A DNA stretch of 64,000 nucleotides from Desulfatiglandales bacterium (GCA_963666345.1 OY762721.1:3936001-4000000); one strand, 5' to 3'. Positions 1-10,631 are shown, counted from the first letter of the stretch. Translations and numbers: made by a program. The notes: generated by a model not told the origin, from the sequence alone.

Positions 1-75
1 ATTGCCTTTCAGTTCGTATCAGATACTATGAATAACAAGACCGGACTTATTAATCTCAAAAAGAGGAGAAAGGCC

Positions 76-1494
76 ATGAAAAGGAAATATTTTAAATCGT
101 TGATGGTAATCGGACTCATTGCGCTTACTTGCGTGGCAATGGCATATTCGGGCAGGAAAACTGTACGGAACCCGGTGAGCAGCGAGAGAAAGGGGATTGT
201 CGCTCTTGCCGGGAATCTTTCGCAGGAAAAGGTCCTCCTGGGTAAGGAAGGGCGTGTGAGCCTGTCCCTGACCATGACCGCCGACGATGTAATCGATTTT
301 GCCGGAGGAGACGAGAGCCCGGTTGACCTGGTAATCGTTCTGGACCGCAGTGGTTCAATGAAAGGCCTGAAGATAGACGATGCAAAGGATGCGATTCACA
401 GGCTGCTTTCCACTCTGTCTGCCGGGGACAGAATCGCCCTTGTGTCATACTCGAACCGGGTAACAAGGCATTCCAACTTCATGAAAGTTACACCTGCCAA
501 CAGAGTATATCTGCGGTCGATGATTGATACGATATCCGCCGGCGGCGGAACAAACCTGGGGGGCGGCCTGAAAGAATCGATAGATCTGTTCCTGGGCTCA
601 AAGACAGATGGTCGGATGGGGAAGGTGATTCTAATATCAGACGGGCTGGCCAATCACGGGGTAACGAATCCTGAAACCTTGGGCCGGATGGCATCGGTTG
701 CTGTAAAAGAGGAATTTGGAATAAGTACCCTGGGAGTGGGCAGAGACTTTAACGAGGTTCTCATGACCGCCATAGCGGACAGGGGAGCAGGCCGTTATTA
801 CTATCTGGAGGACCCGGGAGCCTTTGCAGCTGTCTTCCAGAAAGAGTTTCAACGCACAAGGGCGGTTGCGGCCTCAGCTGTTGAAATCAGGATTCCCTTG
901 AAAAATGGCATGTCTCTAATAGACGCGGCCGGATATCCTTTTGAGATCAGAAACGGTAACGCCTGTCTGAATCCAGGGAATATTCTTTCAGGTGAAAAAA
1001 GAAAACTTTTTTTCACCTTCAGGGTGCCTACGGACCGGGAAAGGGAATTTAGCATAGAGGGTATAACGGTATCTTATCGGTATAAAGGTTTAAATTACGC
1101 AGCAGCCCTTAATGAGCCTTTCAGAATAGCCTGCGTGAAAGACAGAAAAGAGGTGTTCGCCTCTATAGACAAAAACGAATGGGAGGAGAAGGTCATTCGT
1201 GACAGTTACAACAGATTGAGACAAGGGGTGGCGGCATTGATCACGCACGGCAAAAAAGAAGAGGCACTTGAGAGCATTAAACAATACGCCGATGAACAGA
1301 GTGCAATCAATTCAGTTGTCGGTTCGGCCAGGGTTTCAGAAAATCTGGATAAGGATGTCAAGGAAATGAAAAAGGCTGTACAGGATACATTCCACGGGGT
1401 GCCTTCCGAAGTGGCTCAAAAACAAAAAGAAAGGGCAAAGGCCCTGCAGTATAAGGGATATTTGGGCAGGCGTGAAGGCAGTGTTTCTAATTAG
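76..1494 (+). CDS. VWA (von Willebrand A) domain protein with N-terminal signal/TM segment (YfbK-like)
   Basis: MIDAS motif VLDRSGSM, GGGTNL, ILISDG; start placed at ATG 76 after RBS GAGGAG. Confidence 0.85.
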   Translation: MKRKYFKSLMVIGLIALTCVAMAYSGRKTVRNPVSSERKGIVALAGNLSQEKVLLGKEGRVSLSLTMTADDVIDFAGGDESPVDLVIVLDRSGSMKGLKIDDAKDAIHRLLSTLSAGDRIALVSYSNRVTRHSNFMKVTPANRVYLRSMIDTISAGGGTNLGGGLKESIDLFLGSKTDGRMGKVILISDGLANHGVTNPETLGRMASVAVKEEFGISTLGVGRDFNEVLMTAIADRGAGRYYYLEDPGAFAAVFQKEFQRTRAVAASAVEIRIPLKNGMSLIDAAGYPFEIRNGNACLNPGNILSGEKRKLFFTFRVPTDREREFSIEGITVSYRYKGLNYAAALNEPFRIACVKDRKEVFASIDKNEWEEKVIRDSYNRLRQGVAALITHGKKEEALESIKQYADEQSAINSVVGSARVSENLDKDVKEMKKAVQDTFHGVPSEVAQKQKERAKALQYKGYLGRREGSVSN

Positions 1495-1650
1495 TGTTCA
1501 TCCGTAAATCAAGATTTACGGACTCACGCTATCAGCAGCCAGCTCTCAGCGGTCAGTAAAACACTTGAGATATCAATTTGTTGGCTACTTGCTGACAGCT
1601 GACGGCTGAAGGCAACATCCGGAAATGGATCATTTCTGGAATGGAACTAG
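1492..1650. repeat. ~160-bp palindromic MITE/REP-like element
   Basis: Terminal hairpins TCCGTAAATC-AA-GATTTACGGA (1501-1522) and TCCGGAAATG-GAT-CATTTCTGGA (1618-1640); internal inverted heptad repeats TCAGCGGTCAGTAA / TTGCTGACAGCTGA. Confidence 0.6.
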
Positions 1651-1744
1651 TTAAGAAGAATCAGAGATGAATTTTATGAGTTCACTTTGGATTTGAACAG
1701 GTGAGGCGGTCTCGTGAGGAGACGGTACTTAAGAGGAGGGAAAA

Positions 1745-2305
1745 ATGGCGATAATGACAAGAATAGTTCGGCTTTGCAGGGCGGATATCCATGGCGTAGT
1801 GGACCAAATGGAGAACAAGGGGCTGATCCTGAAGCAATATCTCAGGGATATGGAACGGGAACTTGACCAGAACGAGTCTATGTTGAAAAAGATTCTGTTA
1901 TCCAGGGATCAGGCGAAAAAAGAATATGACATATATTACAACGAAACCGAAAATGTGGAACAGGACCTGAAAATGGCCTTGGAAAAGGATAAGGACAATA
2001 TAGCCCGCCAGTTGATAAAAAAGCTTAAACCGCTGAGCCGCTACTTGAAGGAAATCGGTTGTTATATCGAAACACTTGATAAAGAAATCGTCCGGCATGA
2101 GGAATGTCTCAAAGAACGGAGGCTTCAGCACGAGCGATTAAGATTAAGGTCCCTGGAATATGGTCGGGGGTTGGTGCGCAGCAAATGGGAGAAATCAATT
2201 AATTCCACGATCCCGAGGGAAATCTCCGTTGAAACCTCTGATGCGGAAATAGAAATGGAATTGCTTAAACGAAAAGAAGCCATCAAGGGAGGTGAACAGA
2301 GATGA
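1745..2305 (+). CDS. PspA/IM30 family coiled-coil protein
   Basis: N-terminus MAIMTRIVRLCRADIHGVVDQMEN, LKQYLRDME, coiled coil; strong RBS GAGGAGG. Confidence 0.8.
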   Translation: MAIMTRIVRLCRADIHGVVDQMENKGLILKQYLRDMERELDQNESMLKKILLSRDQAKKEYDIYYNETENVEQDLKMALEKDKDNIARQLIKKLKPLSRYLKEIGCYIETLDKEIVRHEECLKERRLQHERLRLRSLEYGRGLVRSKWEKSINSTIPREISVETSDAEIEMELLKRKEAIKGGEQR

Positions 2306-2856
2306 ATATAACGAAAAGACCGGTCAGGGCTACAGTGCTATTGGGTCTGGCGTGCGGGATCTCCTTTGTACCGGCTACCATGCTTTTTGCCTGTATGGTC
2401 TCCTGGTCAACGGCGTTTTGTCTTACCATATGGGTCTATCTTGTCATATACGGGGCCTTCTTGGCAAGGTGGGCCGGGAAGAGTTTCGCTTCTAGCATCT
2501 TTCCACTCCTGATCCCTTTCCCTTTTATAGTATGGGGGAATCCTGAAATGTCTTTTATGATGATGTCTCTGATTATTTTAAGCTGGGTCCGGAGCGGTAT
2601 ATGCTTTACAGACTTACCGTATCGCAGGTTAGGAGTCGAAGTGATGCTGTCCATGGGCGGAGGAGCACTCGTAGCCTTTTTCGCATCCGGTTCCCCTGCG
2701 AGTTGGGCTCTGGGTGTTTGGATGTTTTTCCTGATCCAGGCGCTCTATTTTATTTTGATCGGAGATAAGCTTATTGCTGAAACAGGTGAGCCTGTCGATC
2801 CTTTTGATCTGGCACGAAGGGGGGCGGAAAGAATCCTGGCTTCAGAAGACAGTTGA
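2302..2856 (+). CDS. Multi-pass membrane protein, unknown function
   Basis: About 6 hydrophobic segments; ATGA overlap with the pspA-like gene. Confidence 0.7.
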   Translation: MNITKRPVRATVLLGLACGISFVPATMLFACMVSWSTAFCLTIWVYLVIYGAFLARWAGKSFASSIFPLLIPFPFIVWGNPEMSFMMMSLIILSWVRSGICFTDLPYRRLGVEVMLSMGGGALVAFFASGSPASWALGVWMFFLIQALYFILIGDKLIAETGEPVDPFDLARRGAERILASEDS

Positions 2857-2866
2857 GGGCCTATTT

Positions 2867-3865
2867 TCAACCTAACTTGAACCACTTCCATATCTCGTTG
2901 AATTTGTCCTCACAGGACAAAAATGCGTCTACTATGCTAGGATCGAAGTGAGAACCTTTTCCTGCAAGTATTATGGCCTTTGCCATATCATCGGAAAATG
3001 CCTCTTTGTAGACCCTTTTATTTATGAGTGCGTCATATACATCGGCAAGCGCGACTATCCGAGCGGGGAGCGGGATATCCTCTCCCTTGAGCCCGTTAGG
3101 ATAACCGCTTCCGTCAAATTTTTCATGATGGAAACGGGCGATCTGTGCACTCATTTTTAGGTATTCCGCTTTTGGATATCTTTTTTGGGCCTCGTTAAGT
3201 GTTTCCCATCCGACTATCGAATGGTTTTTCATTATCGTGAATTCCTTATCATCAAGCCTGCCCTGTTTCAGCAGGATGTGGTCGGGGATCCCGACCTTTC
3301 CTATGTCATGAAGAGGGCTCGTAAGGAAGATGTTTTCAATGAAAAGGCCGTCTATTTCATTATGATTATCTTCTTCAGCCAGAAACTGGGCCAATATCTT
3401 GGAATAATGACGAATCCTTTCCAGATGATTTCCTGTTTCCGGATCGCGTGATTCGGCAAGTTTGGCAAGGGAAAAAATGACGATATCTCTGCTTTCAAAG
3501 CCCAATATCCGTTCTCCGGCACGTATCCTTACCGAAAGTTCATCCTTTTGAAAGGGTTTTGTTATATAATCATCCGCTCCGAAATTTATCGCTTCAACCA
3601 CGTCGCTTATATCATTTTTTGATGTAAGCATTATGATGTATGTGTATTGGCTTCCTTCCTGTTCCCTTATCCTTTTACAGAGTTCCAGTCCGTCCATTCC
3701 GGGCATTACCCAGTCGGTGATAACCATTCTGGGTCTTTGGTACTGCCAGATCTTTAGCGCCTCTTCTCCACTTTCAGCCACTATTGTTTCGTATTCAAGG
3801 CTGCTTACAAGCTTGTTCAACTTTTCACGACTTACCAGTTCATCATCCACAAGCAGTATTTTCAT
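2867..3865 (-). CDS. Response regulator with HD-GYP c-di-GMP phosphodiesterase domain
   Basis: REC (LLVDDE, TDWVMP, TKPF) plus HDIGK and HHEKFDGSGYP. Confidence 0.93.
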   Translation of the reverse strand: MKILLVDDELVSREKLNKLVSSLEYETIVAESGEEALKIWQYQRPRMVITDWVMPGMDGLELCKRIREQEGSQYTYIIMLTSKNDISDVVEAINFGADDYITKPFQKDELSVRIRAGERILGFESRDIVIFSLAKLAESRDPETGNHLERIRHYSKILAQFLAEEDNHNEIDGLFIENIFLTSPLHDIGKVGIPDHILLKQGRLDDKEFTIMKNHSIVGWETLNEAQKRYPKAEYLKMSAQIARFHHEKFDGSGYPNGLKGEDIPLPARIVALADVYDALINKRVYKEAFSDDMAKAIILAGKGSHFDPSIVDAFLSCEDKFNEIWKWFKLG

Positions 3866-3902
3866 ATAATTACCTCTATCTATATGTTATGATAAAACAT
3901 AA

Positions 3903-6900
3903 TTAAGACAAAAAGTCTTTGAGCCTCAGCATTTCCTGCTCGAGTTGATCAATCAGTTCATGACAATTATCGAGCAGCCGTGATTTGCCCGCATCAACAA
4001 GATCATGGGCTACTTGGGCCAGTTGTTTCGCAGTAAGATTCGCCGCGCCACCTTTTATCTTGTGAGCTTCCTTCCAGATTTTCGTAAAGTCTCCATGATT
4101 AATAGCTGCTCTTATATTTACAATTTGAACTTCCAGGTTTTCCAAAAAGCCCTTGAGAAGATTATCTAAAAAGACCTTGTCTCCATCAAATTCCTTTACC
4201 GCCTCCTCATATACAAATGGAAGATTTTTTTCCGATATCCTGCCATTCGTGATGTTCTGCCTTTTGTCCGCACTGTTTCCGGTTACAATAGATTCGGTAA
4301 AACCTCGCTTACCGGACGTATCCGCTCGGACAGCCCATTTATTAACGATTGTTGTCAGGTCCTTTTTCCTCAATGGTTTTGTTATGAAATCGTTCATGCC
4401 GATAGACATGCATTTTTCCTCGTCACTCTTAAGCGCGTGGGCGGTCATTGCGATAATCGGCGTTTTGTTGCCCGGGTTTTGGGAATATTTTTCGTTTTCC
4501 ATCCTTCTTATTTTTTCAGTGGCTTCATAACCGTCCATTACAGGCATTTGTATATCCATAAGCACTACGTCATAAAGGCCCTTTTTGAATAGTTCGACGG
4601 CCTGGAGACCGTTCTGAGCCAGGTCCACCTGAAAACCGGCTCCAAGGAGATGTCTCATGGCCACTTCCTGATTGGTCTGATAGTCTTCAACAAGCAGAAC
4701 TTTTATCGTCTTTTCCTGGTGCGCTTCCATGGTCTGCCTGGTTACTACGGGCTGTATATGTGCGGGCTCTCGTTCCTTTGTAAGGCCCAATACCGATCTT
4801 ACTACATTATTAAGCTCGTTTTTTCTTACAGGTTTGCTGAAGTAACCGTTAATGCCTATATCGATGCAAAGATCGGAGTCGCCCTTTTCAGTTGCCGAGG
4901 TAAGGGCTATAATAGGTATTTTATCAAAACCGTCCCTCGTTTTTATCTCTTCCGCCAGTTCAAAACCGTTGCAGGACGGCATGTTTATATCGGTAATTAT
5001 AAGATCGATTGCGGTGCCCGAGTCACTCGAACCTTGGATCACGTCAAGCGCTTCGGTCCTGCCGGAAGCTTCAACGCAATGGCATCCCCATGACTTAAGA
5101 TATTCCGATAAAATGAATTTATTGGTTTCATTATCCTCGATTACCAGAACGGTGAGCCCTGCCAGTCCGTGGTATTCGGTTTTAGGAATATGCACGCCTT
5201 CCGTGGATTCCTTGAAACTTACGGAAAACCTGAAGGTCGTACCTTTTCCTTCCTCGCTTTCAACAGAGATGTCCCCGCCCATCAATTCAACCAGCTGTTT
5301 TGATATGGTGGTTCCAAGTCCTGATCCTCCATATTTTCTGGTTGTCGAGCTGTCCGCCTGAGTGAAGCTTTCAAATATCTTGTCTATTTCTTCGGTAGAT
5401 ATTCCTATGCCGGTATCCTTTATCTGAAATGAAACCTCTATTTGACCGGTGCCGGCGCTGGCAAGATCTGCCAGCAGGTGAATTTCACCTTTTTGAGTAA
5501 ACTTGATGGCATTATCCAGGAGATTTACCAGGATCTGTCGAAGTCTTCCCGGGTCGCCTTCAACTATCGGAGGAATTTTAGAGGAGAGAAAAAACAGAAG
5601 TTCAAGTCCCTTTTTTTCAGCTCTCATGGCCGCGCCTTTGGCAATGCCTTCGACAAGGGCCCTGAGATCGAAAGAAACCACCTCAAGCTCCAGTTTCCCG
5701 GATTCGATTTTTGAAAAATCGAGGATGTCGTTTATGAGATCGAGCAGGGAATTCGCCTCGGTGTTAAGCGTTGAAAGCAGGCTCTTCTGGTTTTCATTAA
5801 GTTCCGTATCCATAACAAGTTCGGTCATCCCTATGATCCCGTTTAACGGAGTTCTTATCTCATGGCTCATCTTGGCCAGGAATTCACTTTTGGCTTCATT
5901 GGCCGCTTCTGCGGCAGCTTTGGCCTGCTGGAGTTCATCCGCTCTCATCTTTTCGCTTATATCTCTTGAGAATTCCCTGAAACCGATGATTTTTCCCTCC
6001 TGATCTTTCATCAGGACGACAGAAAGTTCCAGATATCCCTTTTTACCGTCTTTTCTGGCAATTTCAAACCATATCCGCCTGGAAGGAATTCCGGTTTTGT
6101 ATACATTGTCGAACAACTTGAAGAGTTGTTTGGCGTTGTCTTCGTCCATAAAGTGACTGTAGTTCATCCCGAGCATTTCTTTTTTTTCATAGCCGAAAAA
6201 TTTGCATGTCGCGCTATTTACGAAAGTGAAATTACCCTCAAGGTCGAGTTCAACATACCCGTCTTCCATGTTTTCCAAAATATTTCGATATTTTTCTTCG
6301 CTTTTCCTGAGTTTTTGTTCCGCCTGCTTTATGTCGGAGATATCATGTACGACCAGCATAAGCCTGGATGGCTTGCCCCTTTTGTCATAAATATGTCTTG
6401 TATTTATAACTACATAAAGAATCTTGTTGTTATTGCCCTTGATATTGTATTCAGCCGGGTAGGGTGAGGATCTGCCCTCTGTCATTCTTGACATTCTTTC
6501 TAAAAACGCCTGTCTGCTCTCATCTGTCAGAAGATCAGTGAATTTCATTGAAAGGAGTTTGCTTTTCTTGTAACCGCAGTATTCACATATGACATCGTTA
6601 AGACTCAAGAACCGATGAGTTTTCAGCTCAAGTTCCGCAATCCCTGCAGGAGCATGTTTAACGAGAAGCCGGTAGTTTTCTTCGCTGTTTCTCAGCGCCA
6701 GTTCAACCTGAGTCCTTTCTGCTATTTCATTTGAAAGGATATCACGTGAGGTCATGGAATTTTTTAATTCCTGGGTCATCTCGTTAAAGGAATTGGCCAG
6801 CATGCCGATTTCATCATTGCTGTTTATGGCGATGTAATGATCAAGATTCCCTTTGGCGATCTCTTTTGTTCCCTTCATCAAATTAGTGATCGGCTTTGTG

Positions 6901-7484
6901 AAATATCTGGCGAATCTGAAGGACAAAAGAACGCCCACCAGAAAGATTATGCTTCCATAGTAAATGCTGTCCCTGAAAATAACGATGTTGGCTTTTTTGA
7001 CCTTCTGCATTGAAACACCCGTCAGCAGATGCCATCTGCCTTTTCCCAGTTCAATGGGCGTTATGATAATTTTGATGTGTTCTCCGGTTTCAGGTAGTAA
7101 TGCATCTCTTGAAACGCTGTTCGAACCAACTGTGGCGGCTTTATCATGAAATAGCTTCCCCAGTTCTTTTTCGCCTGAGGTCAGGTATTCCTTGCCGTCA
7201 GGCTTCAGAAGAGTTAAGAAAATGATATCTTTGGATGAAGTTATTTCTTTGAATTGTTTTTCCAAAAATTGCCAGTTCGAGGAGCTGAAAGCATTTTCCA
7301 CGCTGGATGAAAGGTGCCGTGAGATAAGGATGCTCTTGCCTATAAGTTCATCTTTTATGATTTTGGTTTGTATTTTGATAGATCCGAACATGGATATGCA
7401 GATACTGAATATCAGCAATACTGAAACCAGTAATGTGATTTTGAAAAGGAGCCCTTTTGTTGGCGATAAAGAAGTCTTTTTCAT
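3903..7484 (-). CDS. Hybrid sensor histidine kinase (2 TM, HAMP, 2 PAS, HisKA, HATPase, 2 REC, Hpt)
   Basis: MSHEIRTPLNG H-box, GGSGLG, two receiver domains, AHKIKGGA Hpt; start placed at MKKTSL (7484). Confidence 0.93.
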   Translation of the reverse strand: MKKTSLSPTKGLLFKITLLVSVLLIFSICISMFGSIKIQTKIIKDELIGKSILISRHLSSSVENAFSSSNWQFLEKQFKEITSSKDIIFLTLLKPDGKEYLTSGEKELGKLFHDKAATVGSNSVSRDALLPETGEHIKIIITPIELGKGRWHLLTGVSMQKVKKANIVIFRDSIYYGSIIFLVGVLLSFRFARYFTKPITNLMKGTKEIAKGNLDHYIAINSNDEIGMLANSFNEMTQELKNSMTSRDILSNEIAERTQVELALRNSEENYRLLVKHAPAGIAELELKTHRFLSLNDVICEYCGYKKSKLLSMKFTDLLTDESRQAFLERMSRMTEGRSSPYPAEYNIKGNNNKILYVVINTRHIYDKRGKPSRLMLVVHDISDIKQAEQKLRKSEEKYRNILENMEDGYVELDLEGNFTFVNSATCKFFGYEKKEMLGMNYSHFMDEDNAKQLFKLFDNVYKTGIPSRRIWFEIARKDGKKGYLELSVVLMKDQEGKIIGFREFSRDISEKMRADELQQAKAAAEAANEAKSEFLAKMSHEIRTPLNGIIGMTELVMDTELNENQKSLLSTLNTEANSLLDLINDILDFSKIESGKLELEVVSFDLRALVEGIAKGAAMRAEKKGLELLFFLSSKIPPIVEGDPGRLRQILVNLLDNAIKFTQKGEIHLLADLASAGTGQIEVSFQIKDTGIGISTEEIDKIFESFTQADSSTTRKYGGSGLGTTISKQLVELMGGDISVESEEGKGTTFRFSVSFKESTEGVHIPKTEYHGLAGLTVLVIEDNETNKFILSEYLKSWGCHCVEASGRTEALDVIQGSSDSGTAIDLIITDINMPSCNGFELAEEIKTRDGFDKIPIIALTSATEKGDSDLCIDIGINGYFSKPVRKNELNNVVRSVLGLTKEREPAHIQPVVTRQTMEAHQEKTIKVLLVEDYQTNQEVAMRHLLGAGFQVDLAQNGLQAVELFKKGLYDVVLMDIQMPVMDGYEATEKIRRMENEKYSQNPGNKTPIIAMTAHALKSDEEKCMSIGMNDFITKPLRKKDLTTIVNKWAVRADTSGKRGFTESIVTGNSADKRQNITNGRISEKNLPFVYEEAVKEFDGDKVFLDNLLKGFLENLEVQIVNIRAAINHGDFTKIWKEAHKIKGGAANLTAKQLAQVAHDLVDAGKSRLLDNCHELIDQLEQEMLRLKDFLS

Positions 7485-7614
7485 ATCAAATTTTTCATGT
7501 TGAAACTGAGGATTGAATGTCCTGGTTCCCTTTAAGGGGTTAACCCCACGCACGGTCCTTTGGCTCCCGACTCTTTACTGTTTGAATTCCGGAAATATGT
7601 CATATTCCAAAGCC

Positions 7615-7815
7615 CTAAGATCGGCCGTTGCGGTTACCCGCAAAATCGGGTCTGTCCGAAATTACTGTTTTGCACTTTGGAAATTCACCATCTCCCATTA
7701 TTATATTTCGGGATAGATATTCATCAGGTCGTGAAGGCTTGATCATATAACCGTAAGCTTTGATATCCAGGGCAGTCTCTGACATTTCAGGCTTATCCAT
7801 GCCGGTTTCCTTCAT
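7615..7815 (-). pseudogene. Remnant of a receiver-domain C-terminal half
   Basis: TGMDKPEMSETALDIKAYGYMIKP resembles the REC beta4-beta5 region (AxxYxxKP); N-terminal half absent. Confidence 0.4.
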
Positions 7816-8278
7816 TATTGCAGCGTCAGAAATTTCGGAATGCGTGTATTAATAGCCATTTATAAGCTTAGACAAGTATGAGTTAAAACAAATAAATATT
7901 TGAAAAACATAATATGCCGTTTTTTTCTTCATGGTGAAGTGCGATTAATCACACTATTTTATTATTAGTTTAAATAACTTAAATCAGAATAATATAAGGA
8001 AAAATAGAAATCAAGATAATTCGATCCTGCAACCGGCTGTCCTACATTGAATAGATGAGACAAGTGTCCGGGACTTGATTTGACTTGTAATGACAGATTG
8101 ACATTTTATGCCAAAATGCCGTGTGTATGTGATATATTACCATTTCAATTCAGTCGGTTGGGGGAGAATGGAATAGACCCTGAAGGATCGTCCGAGGAAG
8201 ACCGAGATCGGCGGAAAGTCCTTTTAGGCGGTTAATGCGGCGTGTTTTAAGACCTCAGAGATATGGGAGATAAAGATC

Positions 8279-9112
8279 ATGCGCTGGAGACAATTTCTGA
8301 CCCCGGTGGAAAATATGGACGGTGAAGAGGTAAGAAGCTATATAGACAAGCATGAAGCGGGAACCTATACCCTCCTTGATGTTCGTCAGCCGTCCGAGTA
8401 TGAAAAAGAGAGGATTCCGGGTGCGATTCTGATCCCCCTGCCAGAGCTAGCCGAACGAGTCAAAGAAATCGAACATGATAAACCGGTCATAACCTATTGC
8501 GCCATTGGGGGAAGAAGCCGGGCCGGGGCGCAGATTCTTTCGGGTAAGGGATTCGATGAGGTATATAATCTCAAGGGAGGGATAAAGGCCTGGAACGGGG
8601 GGACAGCTTACGGCCCCGCGGAAGCCGGGATGACGTTTTTGAAGGGTGATGAGACGGCAAGGGATGTAATAATTATCGCCTACGGCATGGAAGAGGGCCT
8701 CAGAGGTTTTTACAGGGAACTTTTTGATACGATTAACGACAAGGAGGCAAGTGATCTTTTAAGGAGACTTTCCGAAATAGAGGAAAGGCACAAGGAGAGG
8801 CTCTTTGAAAAGTATCTTGAGCTCGATTCCTCTGTCGCCGACAGGGAGGTATTTGAAAAGGAAATCTCACCCGATATAATGGAGGGGGGCTTCACCGCGA
8901 AGGAATTCATTGAAAAGAACAGGGAGACGACAAAGAGCGTCCCCGATATCCTAAGTCTCGCTATGATGCTGGAGGCCCAGGCCCTTGATCTGTACATGCG
9001 ATATTCCGTCTCATTAAAGGACAAAGGGACGAAACGCCTGCTGTTTGATATAGCGGAGGAGGAAAAGGCCCATCTGGTCAGCCTCGGTCGCCTGATGGGG
9101 GAAAATGCGTGA
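8279..9112 (+). CDS. Rhodanese domain fused to ferritin/rubrerythrin-like domain
   Basis: LLDVRQPSEY, YCAIGGRS, NLKGGIKAW; then ExxH motifs EERH and EEKAH. Confidence 0.88.
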   Translation: MRWRQFLTPVENMDGEEVRSYIDKHEAGTYTLLDVRQPSEYEKERIPGAILIPLPELAERVKEIEHDKPVITYCAIGGRSRAGAQILSGKGFDEVYNLKGGIKAWNGGTAYGPAEAGMTFLKGDETARDVIIIAYGMEEGLRGFYRELFDTINDKEASDLLRRLSEIEERHKERLFEKYLELDSSVADREVFEKEISPDIMEGGFTAKEFIEKNRETTKSVPDILSLAMMLEAQALDLYMRYSVSLKDKGTKRLLFDIAEEEKAHLVSLGRLMGENA

Positions 9113-9258
9113 AACCTGAAAATTCTATGTAAGATTGTGACGTATTTCGGGTTCAGATTGTATGAACCATGCGTGGCAGGGCCTAAGCCATTAAAAGGAA
9201 TCCAGCTTCAGCGGGGCAGATGACGCCTTGGTGGTGGATTTGGGGGCCGGTTCAATCA

Positions 9259-9287
9259 TTGACAGGCACGCCTGACTCACTTATAAT
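9259..9287 (+). promoter_or_regulatory. Consensus sigma70 promoter
   Basis: TTGACA (9259-9264), 17 bp, TATAAT (9282-9287), 70 bp upstream of ORF 9357. Confidence 0.8.
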
Positions 9288-9356
9288 TCCTTGATGAATA
9301 TTTTTTTCTTTAGGCTGGGAGCGGTTGGCTTGTAATATCCTATAAGGGGCGAATGG

Positions 9357-10277
9357 GTGAACACCTCATCAGCAGATGAAGACAAAAGGGTTGAATCAAG
9401 GCTCAAGGAGGCTGACGTTTATTATTCCATGGGTCTGTATGAGGAGGCCCTGGGGGTTTACGAAGGGATTATTTCTGACCCCACCCGGCCTGATCCCAAG
9501 ATTGTTGAGACCGTAAAGGGTAAAATAGCCTCTATTAAAGAAGACCTCCATGTTCAGGATAAGGAGCTGGGAGTTCCAGCCCTTTCAATGAGAGAAAAAG
9601 ATATCCTTGACTCTGCCATGGGTAGCAGAGAAAACGCCTTGTCCAATCTGGACAAGGCGAACGCCTACCTGGAGCAGGGACTCTACAAGGAGGCGCTTTT
9701 TGATTATAAAAATCTTATCAACGCAGACTGCCCCCTGGATAAGGTTGTCCCGGGGATTGTTCAATCTATCCTCGAGACGGAAACATCCGACAATTTGCTC
9801 GACAGGCTCCAAGACATAATCAAAGAAGCCTCGATCAATGATCAGAAAAAGGGGGAGTTAGTTTCCCTACTGGGATCCGAACTGCAGGAGCGGGGGAATA
9901 AAAGTGGGGCTTCAGCCCTGATGAACAGCCTTGAAGAATTGATTAAAAAAAGCCCTGAAGTTGAGATGATCGAGGTATCTTCAGGCCCCTTGCTCAATTT
10001 TATTTCAGCTGACATCTTTACCCCCTCCCCTGGAGGAGGAAAGAGGGTGTACCATCTAGGCGTACATGAGCAGAGGAATAATCTTGTCGAGCTCATGGTT
10101 GCTGACAGTGAAGCGGAACTGCTGGAAGACATAACCAAGGGCGATTCTTTAAATGAGGTGATGTTTTACGCTCATTCAGCCATCAGGAAGATGAGTGTGG
10201 TTGTGAAGTACATTACCGAGATAAGCAAGGGGCCCAATAAAGGCAGCCATGTCGTAGGCCTGGTAGTGGGAGACTGA
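9357..10277 (+). CDS. TPR-containing hypothetical protein with beta-rich C-terminal domain
   Basis: TPR-like helices EADVYYSMGLYEEAL and KANAYLEQGLYKEAL. Confidence 0.7.
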   Translation: MNTSSADEDKRVESRLKEADVYYSMGLYEEALGVYEGIISDPTRPDPKIVETVKGKIASIKEDLHVQDKELGVPALSMREKDILDSAMGSRENALSNLDKANAYLEQGLYKEALFDYKNLINADCPLDKVVPGIVQSILETETSDNLLDRLQDIIKEASINDQKKGELVSLLGSELQERGNKSGASALMNSLEELIKKSPEVEMIEVSSGPLLNFISADIFTPSPGGGKRVYHLGVHEQRNNLVELMVADSEAELLEDITKGDSLNEVMFYAHSAIRKMSVVVKYITEISKGPNKGSHVVGLVVGD

Positions 10278-10355
10278 TGATCCATTTAAGTGCGGGAAGA
10301 GAGCCGGATATAATTTTGATCACGCAGAAAAAATCTGTTCCCCGAGGTTAATAAA

Positions 10356-10631
10356 ATGTCTACAAAGTATATTGTGCTCCTTTTTATCTCTTTTATTTAC
10401 ATACTGGTACTCGTAGGTTTCAACAAGGCGAGGGTCAAATTTGCGGGCGGAAAGCTTGCCGGACTCATAAATATAGTTATCTTAACCGTTGTGCTTTTGT
10501 TTGCTGCCGACTATATCCTTTTATTTGAACAATATTTTCCTGAGGATGCCATTTTTATCGGACAGACTGTGCTGAGAACTGCGGCATTATCAGTGCTTGC
10601 CTTTGGAGGGATAAAGATATCAGGTGAGTGA
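10356..10631 (+). CDS. Small 3-TM membrane protein
   Basis: 91 aa, three hydrophobic segments, RBS GAGG. Confidence 0.7.
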   Translation: MSTKYIVLLFISFIYILVLVGFNKARVKFAGGKLAGLINIVILTVVLLFAADYILLFEQYFPEDAIFIGQTVLRTAALSVLAFGGIKISGE

